A DNA stretch of 63,653 nucleotides, filler included, from Octopus bimaculoides (Eukaryota), in assembly GCF_001194135.2 (NCBI RefSeq). It is 6 parts of 5 records of this genome, joined end to end, with 100 filler letters (N's around TTAATTAATTAA, not from the genome) between each part and the next. Parts side by side here need not be neighbours in the genome. Positions count along the whole stretch, not along the records: positions 1 to 22,505 come from NC_068981.1; 5 more parts are not named here. One strand, given 5' to 3'. Made by a program: the position numbers and the translations under genes. Below the pieces are notes generated by a model. That model was not told where the DNA came from. It did no database searches and was given only the letters and a program-made list of their open reading frames with translations. Below, piece by piece: positions 1 to 12,910 of the stretch (position 1 is its first letter; each line of letters starts with the position of its first letter).

Positions 1-45
<45 letters not shown>

Positions 46-48
46 TAC

Positions 49-212
49 ACGACGGGCTTCTATCAGTTTCCGTCAACTAAATCCGCTCACAAGGCTTTGG
101 TCGGCCCGAGATTATAGTAGAAGACACTTGCCAAAGTTTCCACGCAGTGGGACTGAACCCGGAACCATGTGCTTGGGAAGCAAGCCTTTTTCCACAGAGC
201 TACGCCTGCACC
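49..212 (-). mobile_element. SINE family A (tRNA head + CORE-like domain), 5' half running into its internal (TA)n
   Basis: Reverse complement matches the 5' half of the full copy at 31971-32425; (TA)n occupies 1-40. Confidence 0.85.
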
Positions 213-451
213 TATAGAATATTTACAAGCTTGCCATCTATATACTATGTAGACATGTAGTTTATTTGTAAATCTTCCTGCATGCAAAAATACGTTTACA
301 AATGTAAGTAAAAGTCAGCATTTGTACACAGTTCATGTATTGACAATGTCGGTTTCGGTCACTTCTCAAACAGTATTGCTGAAACTTTAGAATCCGGAAG
401 CAATTCTTAAGTTCACCCTATTTCAAAATTCTGAAAATATATGCATTAGAG

Positions 452-780
452 CAGTGGTTCTCAACCGGGGTCCATAAGGCCCCTGGGGGTTCATATAAGA
501 TTTGTGGGGTCCATGCAATAAAATAGTAAGTATTTTAAGAACCGCTAAAGAAATTTTACTTTAGATGTATGTTTTCGTATGTATTGCAAGAAGCAGCTAA
601 GTTTCTTCTCTTACATTTTACCTCGTTCGATCTACACAATTTAATGAGTGAAAAATAAAATAGGAATTTTGAAAGAAGTTTCTATAAAACTAGTTTTTAA
701 CATTGAATGGCTATGGGGGTCCACCAGAATAAGATGGTAATCAAAGGTGTCTACAAGTAAAAAATGGTTGAGAGCCCCTG
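452..780. mobile_element. hAT (Charlie/MER-like) MITE
   Basis: TIRs CAGTGGTTCTCAACC (452-466) and GGTTGAGAGCCCCTG (766-780); degenerate 8-bp flanks CATTAGAG / CGGTAGAG. Confidence 0.75.
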
Positions 781-1256
781 CGGTAGAGTACGTCTTCGAG
801 AACTTTCTGTGTAATGATTTTTTACCTGAGAATCTCATTCGAACTGAGTTTTCTTGCTTCGTAAGATTAAAAAGAAAATATCATTTTGTTCAATTGATTT
901 AGTAGTAAGCTTAGGTAGCTTTCTACTATTTATTTTCAAATATTATAGCAATGTTATTCGCACTTTTAATGTGATATAATTAATTATATTGACTCTATTA
1001 TTCAACTGCTCCTTATTTTTACGGCCACGAACGAAAGAAGGGTACAATCGACCTCAGTGAAATTTGAATTGTGAATGTAAAATTTTAAGTGCAAGCTTTT
1101 CGTCAAACACTCTACTACTTCAACCAACAACTTCCATGATGTATACAATAAAGCTGACAACAAAAAAATCATACTATATTACGATATTATATTCCAAATG
1201 TGTTTCTCGTGTAATATAATATTCCTTCATGCTTCTCTGAATCATTAAAATAAAGG

Positions 1257-1432
1257 CTACATCCATTGAATCATCCTTATCCTCTTTTCATCTGGAGTGA
1301 GTTCGATTTCGTGAACATTATTATTATTATTATCATCAAAATGATTACGATGATGATCATCATCATTTTCAATGATATCATTATAGTCATTTGTCTTCTG
1401 TATAATTTGTGTTTTTGTATAAATATCATGTC
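1257..1432 (-). CDS. Putative terminal coding exon of an unidentified minus-strand gene (xHDIYTKTQIIQKTND...ELTPDEKRIRMIQWM*)
   Basis: Pyrimidine-rich acceptor TTGTTGCTGTTGCGTTTCGCTGCAG|GA; phase 1, 2 nt + 58 codons ending in TAG; phase-compatible with the exon at 2350-2430. Confidence 0.55.
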
Positions 1433-1496
1433 CTGCAGCGAAACGCAACAGCAACAAGGACTAGAATAAAGCTATAATAAAACACTGCAAGTATGT

Positions 1497-1552
1497 CATC
1501 TTCGTCATACTCATCATTACCACCACCAACACCACCACCACCACCATCATCG

Positions 1553-1596
<44 letters not shown>

Positions 1597-1620
1597 GCCG
1601 TCATCGTCGTCGTCATCATC
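1497..1620. repeat. (CAT)n/(CAC)n trinucleotide microsatellite
   Basis: Direct reading. Confidence 0.95.
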
Positions 1621-2171
1621 AATTTCAATAATGCAACACAAGAAAGAACAACCGTTATAAAAACATTGATATAGAAAAAAAGACAAAACAATATGGAGAC
1701 ACAAGAAAAACGATAAATATATAGCAATAACTAGAAATACGTCAACAACAGTTTCAACATTACCCAGTGGTGGTTTTGTAAGTCACCAGCAGTGTTTTAA
1801 AGTAATAAAATAAATATTTAAATAGAGCAATCAAAGAAAACACTGACAAATTGCATAAACAAAAAAATGGACCATAGAAATGCCGAATACATTGCCAATA
1901 CTTTGAAAGAGCAGCTCATGATTGGATTACCCATTCATTTTTAAGTGGTTATCCTTCGATAAAACGACGGAATCCTCGGGGGTTCAACCACGGTTAACTT
2001 CTAGCATTTTGCCATGGATGTTTATAAATGTTTTATTTAGCTATCGGGGTTTGAATTTTACAGTTTTCTGACAAACAAACAAAAAAACAAAAAAAGAGAT
2101 TTAAACCTGAGTCGTATCTATCCTCTTTGTTGTTTTGTTTTTATCATACAATGAGATGACTGTTGCATCAG

Positions 2172-2226
2172 CTTCTTCTTCTTCTTCTTCTTCTTCTTCT
2201 TCTTCTTCTTCTTCTTCTTCTTCTTC

Positions 2227-2269
<43 letters not shown>

Positions 2270-2305
2270 CCATCATCATCATTGTTACCGTCATCATCAT
2301 CACCA
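2172..2305. repeat. (CTT)n followed by (CAT)n microsatellite
   Basis: Direct reading. Confidence 0.95.
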
Positions 2306-2349
2306 TTATCCTCAATATCACAATGATCACTATTCGCACACAGCCTCAC

Positions 2350-2430
2350 TTTCACCATCTCCGTCGTGTTCTGCGGTTGTAGCACCAGCGACAGAATGCT
2401 CGGAATCGATAGAGTCGTCATCACCAATGT
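2350..2430 (-). CDS. Putative 81-nt phase 1-1 internal exon (DIGDDDSIDSEHSVAGATTAEHDGDGE)
   Basis: TTAAG| acceptor with a weak pyrimidine tract, GTGAGG donor; GC-richer than flanks; joins in frame to 1432 (A+GA = Arg). Confidence 0.5.
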
Positions 2431-3399
2431 CTTAATCATATCTAGATGCACACCAATAATACTGATGTATCTACCTGGTTACATCAAGTACACAAATGCA
2501 GATATACTAAAACCTAGATTGGATCTCACACGATCTTAAACACTATGGGAAACGATGAAGCAATAGATCAGACGACACTGCACCGGATTCAGTAATTTAT
2601 GCGTTTTGCTTCGCTTTATGTAACAGGTGCATTATAAGCAGTATTAAAGTACTGACCATTTAGAATGACCTAAACAGATGAAATATTATATTGTATATCC
2701 ATCGTTTTAGTATGAGTTGAGGGCAGAGTATAGAAAGCTAGATTATCTCTCTAATCGATAAAAACTTTCTTAAAAGACCTGTTATTCAACACAAGCAAGG
2801 TTTGGTTTATTCAGTCATTTATCTACCATTTCCAGGAGAGTAAGTGTTATGTCTCAAGCTACTTCTATCTAGCACCTTCGGATGATTTCTACTCAACCGC
2901 TACTCGACTGCTCCTCGTCAGCTACTCAACTCTCTACCACGGTCAGACTACCACTATTTATATGTCTTGGTCGAAGCTACTTCTTCGCTTGGGGGCGTCG
3001 ACACAACAGTAAGGAAACGTACTATTAAAGTATTATCAGATACAGATTAAAAGCGCCCAAAATGAAATTACCATAATATAGACCACTGCTCAGCTACAAT
3101 GTGTATCAGCCCTCTCTTACACTTTCTGTTACGTCATCGATGCACTGTTGGATCAAGTGTTAGGAATCTGAGAGACTATCTATGTTAGCTCTCAAGGATG
3201 TAAGCATCTACAACATTTAGCGATAGCCTGGTACATGTTACCGAACCATACACGTTTCGGATAAAGTATAAGGTAGTGTCATAAGAGATATTGACATCTG
3301 TATTAATATAAAGTCCGACAACATTTTTACCAGCTATATTGGATTAACAGCTACATATTTAAAACTTGAATTACGACTCTTTTTTGAAACACGACAATG

Positions 3400-3560
3400 T
3401 TCTTCCAAAATAAATTTCGGCAACGCTAGATAAGGCTAATAAAATCCATATTTATTACTTTGTCTAAAATCGTGCTTGTGTATCCACAATGAAAGAATGT
3501 AATCTTTGCATGCAGGAATTAATTTACATAATCCCAGACCCAAACGCTGAACCTGAAGGT
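3400..3560 (+). mobile_element. Penelope-like element C-terminal remnant
   Basis: Translates NRACVSTMKECNLCMQELIYII, resembling the CxLCxxEK end of PLE ORFs. Confidence 0.4.
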
Positions 3561-4019
3561 CAAATACGTTTATGGAGTCCGGCATGAGCGCGTAGTCATC
3601 CCTAGTTGTTTAGTTTCGTAGTGAAATACTTAACACAACTGGAATTATTATGCTGCAGTTGTAGGGGTATCGTCGAATAGCTACATCATTAGAATCTAGG
3701 TATATTGTTTATGGAATCATCGGCAATACATTAAACCTACATAGGAACACACTCACGAACATAGGCACGCACATACATGAACACACATACTCACTCACAT
3801 ACATATATACATATATACATACTTATAAAGACTGACGGCGAAAAAGCGATATGGGAAAAAAGGGTACGCTTGATTCATAATACTATATAATAAATATATA
3901 TTCTATTGGATATATTGATCTCTACTTTAGATATAACGTTACTGTGCACTAAATATTTTCAATAATACTGCAATATCTACACATACCAAAAGGGAACTTG
4001 TATATATGGATATATGTAT

Positions 4020-4165
<146 letters not shown>

Positions 4166-4742
4166 GTACAGTATGTATGTGTGATGGTGTTCTGATTCCA
4201 TACAACATTTACGAATTAAACATGACCATATATTCTGTCCATGGAAATTTACAATTTACAATATTCATCACATTTTGCATTGCACATTATACTGATGTTT
4301 GTAGATTTTTTATTTCCCGAATTCTGTGTGTTTATTTATTTGTGTATTTATTTCTTTAATGTGTTTTTGGGCAAATCAATCTTTAAGCATATTGTATCTT
4401 TCCTAACATTCTGTGAATAGTGTTACATAGATTAGAGTGAAATGTAAATAAATGCGTAGATTTCGATAACATATCCGAAAATGTCAATATACCCTCTTAA
4501 CTATACGAAACTCAAAGCTGCTGTATAGAAACTGAATACGGATTTCTACAATTCAACAATTATTATAAGTTCTATTTCAAGAGGAAAGGAATAACAATGG
4601 GACCAATAGGAAATGTTAAAGTTCAGTATCCTTTAGAAATATGTATCATAACAAAGGCGAATTATTTCTTTTATATATGCTGACTTCAACATTTTGAAAA
4701 TAGATAAATAATATCACACACACAGATACACACACACATGCA

Positions 4743-4781
<39 letters not shown>

Positions 4782-5256
4782 AAAATCGGACACACACAAA
4801 TGTATAGATACATATATTCTGTCATTCTGTTCTTGCTTTCTGTTATTGTACTGTGGTCATCCAAGGCAATACCCAAAGGAGATATTGTGAATTACATGGA
4901 CCCAGTAAACTCTCCGTTACTTTTAACAAGTACATAAGTAGGAAAGGCAAAATCAACCAGTTGTAAAGAGTTGCGACCTGTCCAGCTTACATATGATAGT
5001 TCAAAGAATTAGACAAAGAAGCGCACATGTACCCCGCTTGCCTTTAGGCAAATATATAAGCGAAATGGTTAGAGAAATAGGTTGAAAACTGAATTTTTTT
5101 TTACCGTAATCTTTGAAAATACAGTCGAATACTGAAAGTCTCAACAGTAGAATGGAGTTTATCTTCAATTCTTTTTTCTCCTTCCTCTAGTTTTCATCTA
5201 AAATGACGACAATTACAATTTTTATCAGAAATTTTCTGCAAAGTTAAAATATAATG

Positions 5257-5333
5257 CAAAACGTATAACTGCACAAACGTATAACTGTTGCACAGAACGT
5301 ATAACTGTTGCACAGAACGTATAGCTGCTGCAC
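5257..5333. repeat. Minisatellite, 4 copies of a 17-21 bp AACGTATAACTG(TTG)CAC(AG) unit
   Basis: Direct reading. Confidence 0.85.
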
Positions 5334-6288
5334 TTGAATATAAAACCTACATAGAGATATACACACACACACACATAAACAAACACTCACTCATACACAC
5401 ACATTCACAAATATTTATATATATACACGTATACATACGTGTATATAAAGACAGATGAAGAAAAATTATCGGTATATGGCAAATGTTTATGTGCATTTTT
5501 ACATAATTTATTTTCATTAAAAATTCATATACACATATGCCATAGATCTACGATTTTTTGCTTATATCTATTGATACTCTTCTTCTAGTCAACTCACTTG
5601 CTTCCGAAATACCTTAATCTCATCAACAAGTCAGATTTTAAGAATTTAACCCATACAAGCTTTAAACTAGTGCCTACCTATTGTTGCGCAAGCATCCTCA
5701 TACTCAATATATATGCACACACATGCACACATATAAAATTGTATGTGCGTATGTGCTTCTATGTGTGTGTGGGTATGTATAAAAGTGAAAGGAGAAGCAA
5801 AAGTGACACAGCATATTTGGTAGGAATAACTTGTACAAATTAATAACAATTTGACTCATCTCTGTTAGATCAATTTCCGTAGGCTCGTAAGATGAACGTA
5901 TTTTGTTAAATATCTAGAGAACATGATTGATGAGAGAGGTTCGCTCTATACGAGCCGACGAAACTTTAAGTTGCATGGAGTTTAGCTGAAGTGTTATTAA
6001 ATCATGTGTGTGTGCGCGTTATTTTGGTCGAGTACACTTCCTTCACTGAGTTTCATCTGTGTGCGAGTAGAGCCTTCAGACAAGTTACAACTTCAGAGAA
6101 CTTGCTTAATGAACCTGGGCTGCCAAAGGTGAGGGAGTAACAAAAGACTGACTTGATCCAAATATTAGTAGTCTCTACTATGAAAGTGAGTACTCTTTAT
6201 TCCGACTATCAACACTAAGCACACACGCGCGCGTGCAGGCGCGTGCAGGCACGCTCATGCAAACAAATATATACACATGCACACTCAT

Positions 6289-6695
6289 GCAGACAAGGCT
6301 GTGTGGTAAGCAAATTGCTTACCAACCACATGGTTCCAGGTTCATTCCTACTGCGTGGCACCTTGGGCAAGTGTCTTCTACTATAGCCTCGGGCCGACCA
6401 AAGTCTTGTGAGTAGATTTGGTAGACGGAAACTGAAAGAAGCCCGTCCTATATATGTTTATATATGTATATGTGTGTATATGTTTGTGTGTCTATGTTTG
6501 TTCCCCCAGCATCGCTTGACAACCGATGGTGGTGTGTTTACGTCCCCGTAACTTAGCGGTTCGGCAAAAAGAGACCGATAGAATAAGTACTAGGCTTCCA
6601 AAGAATAAGTCTTGGGGTCGATTTGCTCGACTAAAAGGCGGTGCTCCAGCATGGCCGCAGTGAAATGACTGAAACGAGTAAAAGAGTAAAAAGAG
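6289..6695 (+). mobile_element. SINE family A, near full length
   Basis: A-box-like GGCTGTGTGG, B-box-like GGTTCATTCC, CACCTTGGGCAAGT core, internal TA/TG tract, (AAAAGAGT)n tail. Confidence 0.9.
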
Positions 6696-7298
6696 TATAT
6701 ATAGACACACACACATATATACACGCACACATACATATATACCCACACACACATACTCACAATCTTTAGTTCTTTGATTGTTTGTTATAATACAAAGCAA
6801 GAAGGAAACCCAGTCCGCACGTGGTTATTTCTCTCCCAAAGGAGTCCAAGGTTTCAGCAAAAAATGTGTACTTCGAGAACTAAGGGGCGTAAGCCACCAT
6901 ACTCTTGAGTTGAATCGTCGGTGTAACCACGATATTTTGATTATCTGATAAGCCAGCTTTCTTCATTTCCATCGATTTGTGAATATACAATGCGTAACAT
7001 GCATGCAGGCATACAAACATATTCTACACTAAACTTAGTATTACGTGAAGAAGTTTGTGAAACAGCCGTAATCCTAAGTGTTTCAAGCGAATAATGTTCA
7101 TCTCTCAAACATCCTGACATTTAATCATTTATATACTCCTCATGAAGCAATGTCATTGATCTGATTTTCTGGATTTCCGCTGCATGGACACTCTGTGTTA
7201 CACTCTCTGTATTGGATTAGTATTTTGTCTGATACACGAACACGTTAGAGGAGCTTTCTGTGACACCTACACAATTCTCTAAATACACATTTTATATA

Positions 7299-7304
7299 CT
7301 ACAC

Positions 7305-7342
<38 letters not shown>

Positions 7343-7353
7343 GTATATGTACG

Positions 7354-7447
<94 letters not shown>
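7299..7447. repeat. (CA)n ... (TG)n microsatellite
   Basis: Direct reading. Confidence 0.95.
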
Positions 7448-7450
<3 letters not shown>

Positions 7451-8201
7451 TTGCTTACACAACAAGGCAAAGTTTGACAGCTATCTCTAATTTTCAGCTT
7501 AGTGGTATCAGAGCGTAAATTAGTTTGGTTGTTTAACCTTTAAGTATCATCTTCTTTCTTTCTTTTTCTTTTTGTTTTTCTTTTCGGAGGGTCATGTTAT
7601 GGGTGGATCGAAAGTTTTCAAGTGTCGTCTAATGAACTTTCAAGTGTCACCTACAAAGTCTGAATTACTGTCTGCAAAGTATTGGTTAATATTAGCAATT
7701 GTAAAATAAAATTATAAAAATTAAATGTTTACTGTTTGCTTCTGAGCCAAATGAGAATTCTCAATGTGTGTTATTATATTTAGGCATCATCTTGTATGAT
7801 TGATTAAGCATATGCAGCGGGTAGAATCAGCGGTCTGCTTTTAATATACTAATGATTGAATTCAAAAGCAATGTCTCGTGGTCAAACTATGTGTCGTGGT
7901 CAAATCCTTATAAGTTCAAAATGAATTATTGCGAAGGTAGATGTAGCTTGGAACAGCATTCGACATAAGTAATGTTACAGATTCAATCATAAAACCGTCA
8001 AGGCATGTGCTTTCCGTAATATATATATATAAATTATGGGGGTTAGGTTCACAGGTAATCTGAACGATTAGGTGCACTATGTAAGTGGTGTAATGGATTA
8101 CCAGGACTCCAAGGTTATAGCCGAGACGGTAGTTATGGAGCCATTGCAGATTTTCGATGCAGCGGATATATAATGTTTGTTGTCCTCTTTAATAATTATA
8201 T

Positions 8202-8387
8202 AGTGGCTCTGTGGTAAGTAACTTGCTTACCAACCACATGGTCCTGAGTTCAGTCCCATTGCGTGGCATCTTGGGCAAGTGTCTTCTGCTATAGCCTCGG
8301 GCCGACCAAAGCCTTGTGAGTGGATTTGGTAGACGGAAACTGAAAGAATCCCGTCGTATATATGTATATATATATATATATATATAT
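8202..8387 (+). mobile_element. SINE family A 5' half, cut by an N gap at its internal (TA)n
   Basis: Matches other family A copies. Confidence 0.85.
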
Positions 8388-9139
8388 NNNNNNNNNNNNN
8401 NNNNNNNNNNNNNNNNNNNNNNNNNNNNNNNNNNNNNNNNNNNNNNNNNNNNNNNNNNNNNNNNNNNNNNNNNNNNNNNNNNNNNNNNNNNNNNNNNNNN
8501 NNNNNNNNNNNNNNNNNNNNNNNNNNNNNNNNNNNNNNNNNNNNNNNNNNNNNNNNNNNNNNNNNNNNNNNNNNNNNNNNNNNNNNNNNNNNNNNNNNNN
8601 NNNNNNNNNNNNNNNNNNNNNNNNNNNNNNNNNNNNNNNNNNNNNNNNNNNNNNNNNNNNNNNNNNNNNNNNNNNNNNNNNNNNNNNNNNNNNNNNNNNN
8701 NNNNNNNNNNNNNNNNNNNNNNNNNNNNNNNNNNNNNNNNNNNNNNNNNNNNNNNNNNNNNNNNNNNNNNNNNNNNNNNNNNNNNNNNNNNNNNNNNNNN
8801 NNNNNNNNNNNNNNNNNNNNNNNNNNNNNNNNNNNNNNNNNNNNNNNNNNNNNNNNNNNNNNNNNNNNNNNNNNNNNNNNNNNNNNNNNNNNNNNNNNNN
8901 NNNNNNNNNNNNNNNNNNNNNNNNNNNNNNNNNNNNNNNNNNNNNNNNNNNNNNNNNNNNNNNNNNNNNNNNNNNNNNNNNNNNNNNNNNNNNNNNNNNN
9001 NNNNNNNNNNNNNNNNNNNNNNNNNNNNNNNNNNNNNNNNNNNNNNNNNNNNNNNNNNNNNNNNNNNNNNNNNNNNNNNNNNNNNNNTTTCTCAACTTTT
9101 GCTTGTTTTTTGAAGTATGAGAACTGAATCTGTAATTGT

Positions 9140-9558
9140 ATTGCTCTTGTCGTTCGTGAATGGCTGAAAACCCACTTCTCCGGGAGTTGGATGGGTCGTC
9201 GTGGTCCGCATGAGTGGCTATCTAGGAGTCCTGACTTAACACCCTATGACTTGTTTCCTTGGAGTTGGTTAAAGGAACAAGTCTACTGTACCAAACCAAA
9301 CACTTTGAAAAAACTTAACGAGAAAATACGAGAAATTTATGTCGTCCATCCCACAAGAGCTCCCGGTCAAATTAGTTGACCCAATTGCGGGGCGACTTAA
9401 GAAGCTGGTGGCGAAATGTGGAGTCCATATCTAATTTTAAATAAGACCTCATACTGAAAGCTTCCCTCACATTTCCTGTTTTTATGTTGTAAAAATTACA
9501 ATTAATAAATAATTTATAAATATTTTGAAATAGGGAGTTACTTTTCAATCACTCTGCA
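9140..9558 (+). mobile_element. Tc1/mariner (maT/rosa-like) transposase 3' fragment with right TIR
   Basis: VREWLKTHFSGSWMGRRGPHEWLSRSPDLTPYDLF...KPNTL matches the W(I)GRRG..WPPRSPDL motif; stop at 9432-9434; TIR-like end GTTACTTTTCAATCACTCTG. Confidence 0.8.
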
Positions 9559-9703
9559 TACAAATATATCAAATGGCTAAAGAGCTAGATATTCTGCATT
9601 TAGGAATCCGAGATCAACACCGACCAGATATGGTGCTTTTACACACCTTACTAGACGCGCACACATATCTGTATATATATATATATATATATACATACAT
9701 ATA

Positions 9704-9742
<39 letters not shown>

Positions 9743-9774
9743 ATATATATATATTTATGGTCACCCTAATTCTG

Positions 9775-9945
9775 CGAGCGGGAAGAATGGCTAGCTTTCA
9801 TATTCTGAGTTCAGATCTGCCAAAATCGACGTTGCATTTCATTATTTCGGTGTCGATAAAATCAGTACTAGTTGAGCACTAGTGTCGATGTAATCAACTT
9901 GTCCCCTTAACACAAAATTTCAGACCATATGTTTATAGAAAAAGG
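9775..9945 (+). mobile_element. SINE family B (Nin/Deu-like domain), degenerate
   Basis: GTTCAGATCTGCC..GTCGATAAAATCAGTACTAGTTGAGCACT..GTCGATGTAATC, similar to the copies at 11156 and 50526. Confidence 0.65.
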
Positions 9946-10397
9946 AAATGCATATATATGTATATATAATCAAACATTGAATTGAACGTAATGGAATGAT
10001 GCAAGTTTATAGAGCAAATCCATTGATTTACATACGGGTAATGTGAGAAAATTTACGAAAAATTCACACCGAATGAATAAAGTAAAAATAAGTTGACGAA
10101 CTAGAAGAAAATAATTATAGTATAGCAAAATATATTTCAAGGCATTTGCCATGTTGAAGTTCATGGTACGTCTGAATCAGTAATGAAAAATATATATATA
10201 TATTATAATTTGGCAAACTCTGCGTAACGTAACATTAGAGCAACTTCCATTTATGGCTGACTATATAAGAGTAAACAGACATGAAACGATTCACACAATC
10301 ACACACGCACGCACACACACACACATGCACACACACACACGCACATGCATACACGCACATATCGATACATATGCATGCATCCAAATATAAGTGTGTG

Positions 10398-10434
<37 letters not shown>

Positions 10435-10709
10435 NNNNNNNNNNNNNNNNNNNNNNNNNNNNNNNNNNNNNNNNNNNNNNNNNNNNNNNNNNNNNNNNNN
10501 NNNNNNNNNNNNNNNNNNNNNNNNNNNNNNNNNNNNNNNNNNNNNNNNNNNNNNATATAACTATTTCTACATATATGCTAACGGCTGCGTATATTTGTCC
10601 CATATAATTATATTTACACAAATATTTAAATACATATAAACGAACACACACAGGCACACATATATATGAGAATCTATGAATGTGTCTGTGTATATCTACA
10701 TATATACAT

Positions 10710-10751
<42 letters not shown>

Positions 10752-11155
10752 CACATAAATATGTGTATATATTCTACTTTGATACTTTTATCTATATAAA
10801 TTTGTTAAACGTTAGATTGGAATATTGCTCAATATTCTTAAGTATCATAGTAAGGCGTATATTTTACTTTTATGAAGAAAATCTTGACAGCTACCCTGAA
10901 GATTTGGTATAGAATCCAACATCATACTGTGATTTCATTTGGTCTTCCTAAACTTATGTATATTTATTGTGGGAGGTTTCATCTTGTAGCTAGGGGGCTC
11001 AGGCTGGCTGCAGTATGAATAGGTTTGATAGTGTATTTTTGTAGTATAGTTTCACTGTGTGTGTAGTTAAAGTTTCTAGGGACAAAGAAGATGTGAGAGA
11101 ATAAAAAGGGGAAAGAATGGAGAAAGTGATGATAAAAGCACACGTTTATAATATG

Positions 11156-11370
11156 CTTTTCTGCTCTTGGCACAAGGCCCGAAATTTTGGGGTGAGGTGG
11201 GCAGTCGATTAGATCGACTCCAGTACGCAACTGGTACTTAATTCATCCACCCCGAAAGGACGAAAGGCAAAGACGACCTCGGTGGAATTTGAACTCAGAA
11301 CATAAAGACAGACGAAATACCGCTAAGCATTTCGCCCGGCGTGCTAACGTTTCTGCTAGCTCACCGCCTT
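11156..11370 (-). mobile_element. SINE family B, full length
   Basis: Minus strand: GGCGGTGAGCTAGCAGAAACGTTAGC head, GAGTTCAAATTCC B box, CCTTTCGTCCTTTCGGGG central domain. Confidence 0.85.
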
Positions 11371-12910
11371 GTAGACGTTCATAATAAGAGAAAAGAAGTG
11401 AAGATCATTTTCTTGGTTTAACAGTATATTCTATGATGGAAATAAGTGGATGTACGATTGCTATTGCTAATTTACACGTATTTGAGATAGAAATTATGGT
11501 TTGCATCGTTCGTATAGGTTCATAAGAATCTGTATGTAAAACATGCAAATTTAGTGTGTTACGTTTACATAGGAGAACAGGGGATATGTCACGGACTAAT
11601 CACATTCAGTGGTATTTGTTAAGAGTTTTGCTGAATATTGTCAGATGGTTTCTTTTCCTCTTAAGTTAGCTATACTAATGAATGAAGTTAATTGCTGGTT
11701 AATATTATTATTACGGTTTATTCAACGATATATGGAAATATAGATATGAAAGGCTATCTTTCTGGATGTGGGCTATCCAAATAGGAGAAATTCAATGCTT
11801 AGGTTGTCTCTAAATATTTAAGGTGTTCGGGTTGATTGATCTTGGTAATTTTTTATGTTCTTTTTTTTTCTGTTCAAGAACAGCTTCATTTACTTGTGAG
11901 CAGGTAACGGCGTTGGAGCGCATAAAGTTGTAGTTGACTGGCAGTTAGCTGACTTGAAGGTATCTGAATATTGGAAAGGTGTTTCCTGTATCATGACGAT
12001 CCGCGTAGGTTATCGAAATACCGGCATCATCATGACTGCTCAGTGCTCTGAGAACACTGTAAAGGTTTTAAGACTTGATATGGTCAGCTGCAACGGAGAG
12101 TACGAAGCCGTAGTCAGCAGAAAGGGATACAGCAGGCGAATTAAATTTATCCGCACACTGGAAATTATTCAACAACTAAAGAACAGGACCTTAGGTCCAA
12201 TTCAGTGAAGTAGCTACTGCAGACTGATCAAACCCTAACTGGAGAGGATCGCTGCCAGAAGACCATATGAATGACAACAGTATTCGGCTCTTTACTATGC
12301 CTCCGGAAAGAGTCAGAAGTGGTTGACGGAGAATTTCTATGATTTCACCCAGTCCCTATTTCTGGCTTCCTAATCCCATCGATTGTTATTCCATGGATAT
12401 GCTCTGCCTGTGACAATTATTCCGGGGCTGTTTTGAGGCCGTACTGGAAGTTGAGGCCGGCTACTCAGAATAAACCGTTATCTCCTAGCCATAACGTCGC
12501 TGATATCTTTTGATTTTTTAAAAAATACTATTGTATTTGTGATGTTGTGTTTTGCTTTGTTTTTATACTGCCTGTCAAATTCAACCCGAACATCCTTTAT
12601 CTTCTACTGAGCGGAGTGTTTTATCTTCAGTAAAGACTTTGTAGTCAAAGATAGATATTATTTTATCTTAACATAAATTTTTATTATAAATTTGTAATCG
12701 GTAGTCGGTTGATACATATATAGATTTCTTAGCGAGTTAGTATATACACATCTGACGTACCTATATTTAGTTATTTGTTTGAATGAAACCAAATAATACC
12801 ATAAAAGTAACCACTAATTTTATACACTAAATATTGTTAAACTGAAAGCAACTACCTGCCACAAACCAGGAAATGTGACCTGTCAGTGACCTTCCATACA
12901 ACTTTAGCTT

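Noticed and set aside
1426-2451. ORFs with poly-D/E/S/H/M/K/L tracts
   Set aside because: They are translations of (CAT)n/(CTT)n microsatellites that are open in several frames at once.
4800-4937. Signal-peptide-like plus-strand peptide ILFLLSVIVLWSSKAIP
   Set aside because: Short, starts in a microsatellite, no convincing splice structure.
6903-6944. 42-nt phase 1-1 micro-exon candidate (NQNIVVTPTIQLK) on the minus strand
   Set aside because: Weak acceptor tract; expected by chance in 63 kb.
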